The notes under the pieces: generated by a model
The model's database searches: none
Told to the model about the DNA's origin: nothing
The model's input: the letters and a program-made list of their open reading frames with translations, nothing else
Assembly (NCBI GenBank): GCA_021738505.1
Contig: JAIPBW010000001.1
Location: 8,659 to 72,658, forward strand
DNA: 64,000 nt
From: Bacteroidales bacterium
GTDB lineage: Bacteria; Bacteroidota; Bacteroidia; Bacteroidales; PWNQ01
Direction: 5' to 3'
In this document: positions 57,049 to 64,000 of the stretch, in pieces
Layout of the letters: each line of letters begins with the position of its first letter
Numbering within the stretch: position 1 is the stretch's first letter
Made by a program: the position numbers and the translations under genes

Positions 57049-57216
57049 TTCAGAGGAAGAGCATTGTCAGTGATATATATATATTGGCATGGATTTGGAA
57101 TTATCTATATGCTAAATATAAATCCGGAGAAAACAAATTGTTTATAAAATGTTAAAAGCTCCGTTAAAACAATGAAAATAATTTTTCATTTGTTGTTCAT
57201 AATTAAAAGTTTGATT

Positions 57217-57224
57217 TATATTTG
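57217..57224 (+). promoter_or_regulatory. Candidate -7 promoter box (TATATTTG)
   Basis: TAnnTTTG match 9 nt upstream of ATG 57234. It overlaps the alternative TTG start at 57222, which argues for the ATG. Confidence 0.35.
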
Positions 57225-57233
57225 CGCCCATTT

Positions 57234-58904
57234 ATGACAAAGACTAATATGAAGATTTTCCATACATTACCAGCAGTAATTAGGGAAACAGCAAAGGAAA
57301 AAGGCTCAAATGTTGCCTTTACAACAGTAGGAAAAGATGAAAAAATCACCTATTCACAGGCTGTTGATCATATTGATTCCATTATACGTTTTTTAGAGGA
57401 GCATGATATCCATCCCGGCGATCGTGTTGCCATTTTAAGTGTAAACATGCCCAATTGGGCTCTTGTATATTTTGCAATAGCTTCAATGGGGGCAGTTGTT
57501 GTTCCTTTATTACCAGATTTTTCAGAAAATGAAATTTCGAACACGCTAAAACATTCGGATGCGAAAGCTATTTTCGTTTCAAAAGGATTGACCCGGAAGC
57601 TCAATGGACTTGCATTACCCCAATTGAATTATCAGTTTGCCATTGAAGACTTTTCCGAAATAAATGATCATGGGAGGGTTTCGTTTGACATTGCTAAAAA
57701 ACCTGAAAACAATTATGTCGTTGAAGAAGAACAATTGGCGACGATAATATACACTTCGGGAACTACAGGAGAGTCAAAAGGGGTGATGTTGTCACATAAA
57801 AATGTTGTGTTTAATGCGATTCAAGCTGGTATTGTGCAGCCGATTAACGAAAACGACCGGTTTTTATCTATTCTGCCGCTGTCGCATACGTATGAAAACA
57901 CTTTAGGATTAATCCTGCCTGTAATTTATGGCGCACAAATATCCTATATTTCAAAGCCCCCGACACCTGGAGTTTTACTGCCGGCTCTGAAAAAAGTCCG
58001 TCCTACAGTAATGCTTACGGTTCCATTGATTATTGAGAAGATTTATAAATCAAAAGTTCGACCTGTAATCACCAAAAATAAATTTACAAGGCATCTTTAT
58101 GCTGTAGGTCCGCTTCGTCGCAGTTTTAACCGCATGATCGGTAAAAAATTGATGAAGACTTTTGGCGGTGAGCTCAAGTTTTTTGGTATTGGTGGAGCAA
58201 AATTGGATGGTGTTGTTGAACAATTTCTTTTGGAAGCAAAATTTCCTTATGCAATTGGCTATGGCTTAACAGAAACAGCTCCTTTAGCAGCAGGTGTTAA
58301 TCCGCAAACCACCCGCTGGCAATCAACAGGGCCCGCTATTCAGGATGGTGAAGTTAAAGTTAATGATCCCGATCCGAAAACCGGTGAAGGAGAGATTTGG
58401 ATTAGAGGTCCTCATGTTATGATGGGGTATTATAAAAATCCGGAAAAAACAAAAGAAATCATCACCGACGATGGTTGGTTTAGAACAGGAGACCTGGGGA
58501 AATTTAGTGACGATGGTTTTCTGTATATCAAAGGACGCCTGAAGAATATGATTGTTGGGTCAAGCGGGGAAAATATCTATCCGGAGGAAATCGAATCCAT
58601 TATAAATAACTTTAATCATGTTTTAGAGTCTGTAGTTGTCGAAAAAAAGGGAAAACTTGTGGCGATGGTACATTTTAACCAGCAGGAATTGGAAGAAAAA
58701 TATCATGATTTTAAAGAAGAACTGACGGAATATGTAGAGCAGAAGAAACAAGAATTGCAAGATGAACTGCTGAACTATGTTAACCGAAGGGTTAATCGCT
58801 TTTCCCGTGTACAACTTATTCAGGTCTATAGTGAACCTTTCCAGAAAACAGCCACCCATAAAATTAAACGATTTTTATATATGGAAAAAAATGGCAAATA
58901 TTAA
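57234..58904 (+). CDS. Long-chain fatty acid--CoA ligase (AMP-binding enzyme family)
   Basis: AMP-binding motif IIYTSGTTGESKGVMLSH, then GYGLTET and TGDLG…KGRLKN motifs. Confidence 0.85.
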   Translation: MTKTNMKIFHTLPAVIRETAKEKGSNVAFTTVGKDEKITYSQAVDHIDSIIRFLEEHDIHPGDRVAILSVNMPNWALVYFAIASMGAVVVPLLPDFSENEISNTLKHSDAKAIFVSKGLTRKLNGLALPQLNYQFAIEDFSEINDHGRVSFDIAKKPENNYVVEEEQLATIIYTSGTTGESKGVMLSHKNVVFNAIQAGIVQPINENDRFLSILPLSHTYENTLGLILPVIYGAQISYISKPPTPGVLLPALKKVRPTVMLTVPLIIEKIYKSKVRPVITKNKFTRHLYAVGPLRRSFNRMIGKKLMKTFGGELKFFGIGGAKLDGVVEQFLLEAKFPYAIGYGLTETAPLAAGVNPQTTRWQSTGPAIQDGEVKVNDPDPKTGEGEIWIRGPHVMMGYYKNPEKTKEIITDDGWFRTGDLGKFSDDGFLYIKGRLKNMIVGSSGENIYPEEIESIINNFNHVLESVVVEKKGKLVAMVHFNQQELEEKYHDFKEELTEYVEQKKQELQDELLNYVNRRVNRFSRVQLIQVYSEPFQKTATHKIKRFLYMEKNGKY

Positions 58905-59011
58905 TCTGGAAGCAACCCCCTTATTTGCCCATTTTTCCCGGGATTAATTGTTTAAATTGCAAAAAGTTTGAAGCATTTTGTTGAAAACTTGTGATTGGAT
59001 TTATATTTAGT

Positions 59012-59019
59012 TACTTTTG
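59012..59019 (+). promoter_or_regulatory. Candidate -7 promoter box (TACTTTTG) for yceD-rpmF-plsX-fabH
   Basis: TAnnTTTG match 25 nt upstream of ATG 59045. Confidence 0.4.
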
Positions 59020-59044
59020 CACGCTCAAATTGTCAGGAGGTTTT

Positions 59045-59578
59045 ATGAAAAGTTATTGGGATCGGTTTGTGATTCCTTTCAAAGGATTGAAAGAAGGGAA
59101 ACATGAATTTGTTTACGATATAGATAAAACGTTCTTTGAGCATCTTGATTATTCCTTGCTTGAAGATGGTGAAGTAAAAGTGGAGATGGAAATGGAAAAA
59201 CAGCCTACAATGCTGGTTTTTCATTTTGAAATTCACGGATATATCAAGTTGAAGTGCGATCGTTGCCTGGAAGAATATAAACAGCCGGTAGATGGTCATC
59301 AGATGTTGATAGCTAAATTTTCAGCACGGGAAGATGATAATTCCGATGATGATGTGGTTACTTTGCCGGAAGACGCCCACGAATATGATGTGGGTCATCA
59401 GGTTTATGAATACATTAATCTGATGTTGCCCATTAAACATGTCCATCAAAATGAAGATGAATGCAACCAGGAAATGATCGAGAAGTTAAATGAAGATAAT
59501 AAAAGCAATGCTCCCGGTGAAATCGACGAGCGTTGGAAAGCTCTTGAGGAGCTGAAAAAGAATATGAAAAACAACTAA
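59045..59578 (+). CDS. yceD: YceD/DUF177 family protein
   Basis: ~177 aa acidic protein with CDRCLEEY… Cys motifs. Immediately upstream of rpmF, the conserved yceD-rpmF-plsX-fabH arrangement. Start taken at ATG 59045, preceded by AGGAGG. Confidence 0.7.
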   Translation: MKSYWDRFVIPFKGLKEGKHEFVYDIDKTFFEHLDYSLLEDGEVKVEMEMEKQPTMLVFHFEIHGYIKLKCDRCLEEYKQPVDGHQMLIAKFSAREDDNSDDDVVTLPEDAHEYDVGHQVYEYINLMLPIKHVHQNEDECNQEMIEKLNEDNKSNAPGEIDERWKALEELKKNMKNN

Positions 59579-59590
59579 ATTTTAATTGTC

Positions 59591-59779
59591 ATGGCGCATC
59601 CGAAGCGAAAAACATCGAAGACAAGAAGAGATAAAAGAAGAACGCATTACAAAGCTTCTAAACCTACAGTGATGACATGTCAGAACTGTGGTGCTCCTGT
59701 GTTATACCACCGCGTATGTAGTGAATGTGGATTCTATAAGGGAGTGAAAGTTATAGACATTGAAGAAGGTATCGTATAA
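59591..59779 (+). CDS. rpmF: 50S ribosomal protein L32
   Basis: [22 protein letters not shown]-terminus, with a CQNCG…CSECG zinc ribbon. Confidence 0.95.
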   Translation: MAHPKRKTSKTRRDKRRTHYKASKPTVMTCQNCGAPVLYHRVCSECGFYKGVKVIDIEEGIV

Positions 59780-59805
59780 TCTGTATTTTAAACACCCGCT
59801 AAGCT

Positions 59806-60759
59806 ATGATATTTGGTATCGATGCAATGGGTGGTGATCATGCACCTTCTGCTATTATTGAAGGTGCTGTAGAAGCCCAGGGATTTATTGATCCGAAGGA
59901 TACTATTCTTTTAATTGGAGACGAAGAACTAATTCGTGACCACCTGAGTCAGTACAAGTATAGTAAAGATAAGATCCAGATCAAGCATGCATCTCAGGTT
60001 ATTGATATGCATGATCAACCAACGCGAGCCTTTTCCTCAAAAACGGATTCCAGTATTAATGTTGGTTTCCGGATGCTTAAAGAAGGAGAAATAGACAGCT
60101 TCGCAAGTTCCGGTAATACGGGTGTGATGTTGGTAGGATCTTACTATGAAATTGGAGTAGTTCAGGGGCTGTTAAGGCCAACAACGACTGCTCTTGTTCC
60201 AAAAGAAAACGGCGGAAGTGCCGTGCTTCTGGATGTTGGAACAAATCCTGACGTGAAACCTGACGTCTTAAATCAATTTGCAGTGCTGGGCTCCATTTAT
60301 GCAGAAAGCCTGTTAGGAATCAAAAACCCAAGAGTTGCATTGCTGAATATTGGAAGTGAAGATAAAAAGGGCAATATCCTTCTGCAATCCACATTCCCTT
60401 TATTGCAAGAGAACAAAGAGATCAACTTTGTGGGAAATATTGAAGGAAGAGATATTTTTGATGATAAAACCGATGTAATTGTTACCGATGGATATACGGG
60501 CAATATCGTTTTAAAACAGCTCGAGGCCTTCCATGATATTATGGTCAAAAGACATGCGGATGATCCATTTGTTAAGCGCATGGATTTTGAAAATTTTGGA
60601 GCAACGCCGGTAATTGGTATAAACAAACCTGTACTTATTGGTCACGGTATTTCCGGAGTTAAAGCATTTAAAAATATGATTCTTAGCTCTAAGAAGCTTA
60701 TATCTGCTGATTTAAAAAGTAAAATCCGTGAAAAACTTTCACAAAATATTGTTTTATAA
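59806..60759 (+). CDS. plsX: Phosphate acyltransferase PlsX
   Basis: GIDAMGGDHAP N-terminal motif, 317 aa, in the rpmF-plsX-fabH context. Confidence 0.93.
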   Translation: MIFGIDAMGGDHAPSAIIEGAVEAQGFIDPKDTILLIGDEELIRDHLSQYKYSKDKIQIKHASQVIDMHDQPTRAFSSKTDSSINVGFRMLKEGEIDSFASSGNTGVMLVGSYYEIGVVQGLLRPTTTALVPKENGGSAVLLDVGTNPDVKPDVLNQFAVLGSIYAESLLGIKNPRVALLNIGSEDKKGNILLQSTFPLLQENKEINFVGNIEGRDIFDDKTDVIVTDGYTGNIVLKQLEAFHDIMVKRHADDPFVKRMDFENFGATPVIGINKPVLIGHGISGVKAFKNMILSSKKLISADLKSKIREKLSQNIVL

Positions 60760-60798
60760 GCGATACATTTTTTTATGTTTTTAAAAGGAGGATGTTGA

Positions 60799-61797
60799 AT
60801 GTCTAATATCAAAGCAGCGATTACAGGTGTGGGAGGCTATCTCCCGGATTACGTGCTGACCAATGATGAATTAAGCAAATTGGTTGATACCTCAGACGAA
60901 TGGATAATGTCCCGTATTGGGATAAAAACCAGACATATCGCTAAGGAACAAGATAAAGGAACGTCAGATATTGCCGTCCCTGCTATTCAGGAATTATTAC
61001 AAAAAACAAATACGAGCCCCGAGGAAATTGATTTTTTATTGTGTGCTACGGTAACACCTGATCACCAGTTTCCGGCTACAGCCAATATTATTAGCGACAA
61101 ACTTGGAATCCAAAATGCTTTTTCTTTTGATTTGAATGCCGGTTGTTCCGGTTTTTTATATGCAGTAGAAACAGCTTCTCATTTTGTTGAGTCCGGTCGT
61201 TATAAAAAGGTTATTGTTGTAGGTGCAGAAAAAATGTCCTCTATTGTTGACTATTCCGACCGCAGTACATGTCCTATTTTTGGCGATGGAGCCGGAGCCG
61301 TATTAATAGAGCCTACACAGGAAGATGTGGGGATTATGGATTCCATGTTACAAAGCGATGGTTCCGGAAGAGTTTATTTACACCAAAAAGCCGGAGGCTC
61401 TGTGATGCCTGCGTCCCACGAAACCGTTGAGAACAGACTCCATTTTATTTATCAGGAGGGCCAGCCCGTGTTTCGTTCAGCTGTCTCCAATATGGCGGAT
61501 ACATCCGTTAAGATGATGCGAAAACATAATATTGCATCCGATGAGCTGGATTGGCTTGTTCCGCATCAGGCGAATATGCGAATTATCGAAGCTACTGCAA
61601 AACGAATGGGAATTACAAGAGAGCAAGTGATGATCAATATTCAGCGTTATGGAAACACCACAGCAGCAACGTTGCCCCTCTGTTTATGGGATTATGAAAA
61701 GCAATTGAAAAAAGGCGATAAAATGATCCTGGCTACTTTTGGTGCCGGATTTACCTGGGGAGCTATTTATATGAAATGGGCGTATGACGGAGCCTGA
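60799..61797 (+). CDS. fabH: Beta-ketoacyl-ACP synthase III
   Basis: Catalytic triad contexts NAGCSGFLYA, VPHQANMRII and GNTTAATLPL. 332 aa. Confidence 0.95.
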   Translation: MSNIKAAITGVGGYLPDYVLTNDELSKLVDTSDEWIMSRIGIKTRHIAKEQDKGTSDIAVPAIQELLQKTNTSPEEIDFLLCATVTPDHQFPATANIISDKLGIQNAFSFDLNAGCSGFLYAVETASHFVESGRYKKVIVVGAEKMSSIVDYSDRSTCPIFGDGAGAVLIEPTQEDVGIMDSMLQSDGSGRVYLHQKAGGSVMPASHETVENRLHFIYQEGQPVFRSAVSNMADTSVKMMRKHNIASDELDWLVPHQANMRIIEATAKRMGITREQVMINIQRYGNTTAATLPLCLWDYEKQLKKGDKMILATFGAGFTWGAIYMKWAYDGA

Positions 61798-61837
61798 TAT
61801 GCTGAGATAACGATTATTGTTTTTTAGTTAATATATT

Positions 61838-61871
61838 AGGATATACCTTTACTTTGGTATATCCTTTTTTA
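61838..61871 (+). terminator. Intrinsic terminator after fabH
   Basis: AGGATATACC-TTTACTTT-GGTATATCCT is a perfect 10-bp stem followed by TTTTTT. Confidence 0.8.
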
Positions 61872-61981
61872 TTTCTTAAAGGCTGTGTATTTCCGGTCAA
61901 AGAATTAAAGCAGCAAGGATTAAACATTGCATTCTGCATATTTCACTTGATATTTTACTTTTAAAATTCAGATTTATTCCC

Positions 61982-61989
61982 TATTTTTG
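61982..61989 (+). promoter_or_regulatory. Candidate -7 promoter box (TATTTTTG)
   Basis: TAnnTTTG match 37 nt upstream of ATG 62027. Confidence 0.4.
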
Positions 61990-62026
61990 GAAAGTAATTA
62001 TCATTTATGTTAGATAAAGAGAGCTT

Positions 62027-64000
62027 ATGACCAAGAAATACGATCCTGTGGAAAACTTCGAAACAACACGGGAAAAAGTAGGATATGTACCCAGAAAAGA
62101 AGCCACACAGCAAGATTATGACCGTATAGGATTTATGTCCGGGCTGGAGGTTCATCAACAACTTTTAACACAGAAAAAACTATTTTGCCGCTGTCCGGCA
62201 GGTATTTATCATGATAATGATGATTATGATGCTGAACTTATTCGGCATATGCGGCCTACACTCAGTGAATTGGGCGAATATGATGGTACAGCACTGATGG
62301 AATTTAAAACACGGAAAGAAATCGTGTATCGTATCAACAATGAAAATGCATGTACCTACGAAATTGATGATACACCGCCTTTTCAGATAGATAAGGAAGC
62401 TTTGGAGATTGCTATCCAGATTTCCCAGCTGTCTAAGTTAAATATTGTTGGTGAGGTTCATGTAACCCGAAAACAATACCTGGACGGTAGTATACCAACC
62501 GGATTTCAGCGTACAGCAATTATTGGTGTGGAGGGGAGTATCCCATTAAAGCATAAAACCGTGCGGCTGATACAGCTAAGCCTTGAAGAAGACTCCTGCC
62601 GGGAGATTTCGGATGTAGGCCATACAAGAGTTTTTAAAACAGACCGCTTAGGAATGCCACTGATAGAAACCGTTACATATGCGGATATGGTTAACCCGGA
62701 TGAAGTGAAGGAAGCATGTGATTATATCCGTTTCCTTAACCGCAGTACAGGAAAAGTGCGCACAGGTATAGGGGCCGGGCGACAAGATGTGAACGTTAGT
62801 TGCCGCGGAGGATCGCGGGTAGAAATCAAAGGGGTAGCACATACACGTTGGATACCTGCTCTCACACATGTTGAGGCCTTCAGGCAATATGCACTTTTGG
62901 CTATTCGCGATGAGCTTAAAGAGCGTGTACCCGATCCGGAGAATTATAGTATTTCTTATCAGGAATTGGATTATTATGCTTATGAATTTGATTCCATTCC
63001 TGCCATTAAAATGGCTAAACATAATGGCCAGAAAATTATAGCAGTGAATTTACCTCATTTTCATGGACTATTGTCTCATTTTACACAACCTGCTCATAGT
63101 TTTTCTGAAGAATTTGCAGGGCGTCTTAAAGTAATTGCTTGCCTTGAACGCCCCAATATGACCCATAGCGAATCTTTAGAGCCTGATGTAAGGGAAGAAG
63201 ACTGGGATAAAATACGAACGTTGCTTGAAGCCAGCGATCAGGATGCTCAGATTATCTTTTGGGCTCCGGAAGATGATGTGGAAACAGCATTGGAAACCAT
63301 AGAAGAACGCTGTAAAATGGCGTTTGACGGCGTGCCTGAAGAAACCAGAAAATCCTTTGAGGACGGATCCACAGTATTTGAACGTGTGCTTCCCGGTGCT
63401 GATCGTATGTATCCCGATACGGATACGGTTCCGATACCTCTGGAAGATAGCTATATTGATAAATTAGAACAAAAACTTCCCGGTGAAGTCATTGATCGTT
63501 ATCAGCAATTAAAACAATGGAATGTTCCGGAAGATACATATCATTACATTTTCTCCAAAAATCTTTTTCCATTAATAGATAAACTGGTGAATAATATTAA
63601 GCTAGATCCTGTTTTTTCCGGAACCTTTATCGGTCATAAGTTGAAATTCGTTGAGGGACATTATTTGAGAGGGGAACAATTTGATTATGCTCAGATTGGA
63701 GAACTTTTTGAATTTTTGAAAAAAGAGAATCTCACATTTGATCTGGCTGAATATATGTTGCCTGAGCTTTATGAGCATCCGAAAATGGATTTTGAATCCA
63801 TCTTAACCAATATTGAATTTAGCCGGATGGCTCCTGAAGAGATTAAAGGAAAGATTAGTTTTTTACGTGATAAATTTGATCAAATCAAGCGTAAGGATGG
63901 CGAAGATCATAAAGTGAACTGGCTGATGGGACAGTTGAGAAAAGAAGCAGTTGGCAATATGAAGTTAACGGATCTGTTAAAAGAGATCCAAAAACAGTTT
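62027..64000 (+). CDS. gatE: GatE-type Glu-tRNA(Gln) amidotransferase subunit E homologue (3' end beyond window; not in the supplied ORF track because no stop is reached)
   Basis: My own translation gives 658 codons open from ATG 62027 to the window end. DYDRIGFMSGLEVHQQL…KKLFCRCP, RHMRPTLSELGEYDGTALMEF, TYEIDDTPP, TRKQYLDGSIPTGFQRTAII, GAGRQDVNVSCRGGSRVEIKGV, an inserted AspRS-like domain, ETRKSFEDGSTVFERVLPGADRMYPDTDTVPIP, and a C-terminal YqeY-like NWLMGQLRKEAVG. These distinguish GatE from GatB. The two minus-strand track ORFs inside it are shadows. Confidence 0.75.
   Translation, partial: MTKKYDPVENFETTREKVGYVPRKEATQQDYDRIGFMSGLEVHQQLLTQKKLFCRCPAGIYHDNDDYDAELIRHMRPTLSELGEYDGTALMEFKTRKEIVYRINNENACTYEIDDTPPFQIDKEALEIAIQISQLSKLNIVGEVHVTRKQYLDGSIPTGFQRTAIIGVEGSIPLKHKTVRLIQLSLEEDSCREISDVGHTRVFKTDRLGMPLIETVTYADMVNPDEVKEACDYIRFLNRSTGKVRTGIGAGRQDVNVSCRGGSRVEIKGVAHTRWIPALTHVEAFRQYALLAIRDELKERVPDPENYSISYQELDYYAYEFDSIPAIKMAKHNGQKIIAVNLPHFHGLLSHFTQPAHSFSEEFAGRLKVIACLERPNMTHSESLEPDVREEDWDKIRTLLEASDQDAQIIFWAPEDDVETALETIEERCKMAFDGVPEETRKSFEDGSTVFERVLPGADRMYPDTDTVPIPLEDSYIDKLEQKLPGEVIDRYQQLKQWNVPEDTYHYIFSKNLFPLIDKLVNNIKLDPVFSGTFIGHKLKFVEGHYLRGEQFDYAQIGELFEFLKKENLTFDLAEYMLPELYEHPKMDFESILTNIEFSRMAPEEIKGKISFLRDKFDQIKRKDGEDHKVNWLMGQLRKEAVGNMKLTDLLKEIQKQF

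Overview
AT-rich chromosomal segment that I attribute to a Bacteroidota genome, probably an anaerobic or facultative Bacteroidia-like organism. The attribution rests on gldH, T9SS C-terminal sorting domains, a PorV/PorQ-like barrel, the DUF3098-ftsX-uppP-truB arrangement, an sdhCAB/frdCAB operon with a b558-type cytochrome subunit, and many TAnnTTTG -7 promoter boxes. About 50 protein-coding genes are densely packed and mostly housekeeping. They include greA, ruvC, ispD, queA, truB, uppP, ftsX, leuS, frr, sdhCAB, two M24B Xaa-Pro aminopeptidases, two AI-2E permeases, PSP1/ricT-like-gldH-PBP1A, and yceD-rpmF-plsX-fabH. I recognised no rRNA, tRNA, CRISPR array, transposase, integrase or obvious defence gene. 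The points worth a second look are listed here. (1) A structured leader element of about 80 nt is present in two full copies (sdhA-sdhB spacer, and upstream of the PSP1 gene) with compensatory base changes and identical 34-nt spacing to the start codon; a truncated third copy sits upstream of a small membrane-protein gene. (2) An 895-bp non-coding island is built from short phased or tandem word repeats. (3) An outer-membrane trio consists of a TonB-dependent-like barrel, a 1356-aa T9SS-sorted protein and a PorV/PorQ-like barrel. (4) A GatE-type (archaeal-type) amidotransferase homologue runs off the right edge of the window. (5) A 1077-aa single-chain fusion combines all modules of the HcnABC / sarcosine-oxidase / archaeal proline-dehydrogenase-type flavoenzymes. 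(6) A four-gene operon (LysM lytic transglycosylase, two SGNH proteins, MBOAT) resembles a peptidoglycan O-acetylation module. (7) An AI-2E permease is translationally coupled to a radical SAM/SPASM enzyme. All functional calls come from motif recognition by eye; no database search was run.
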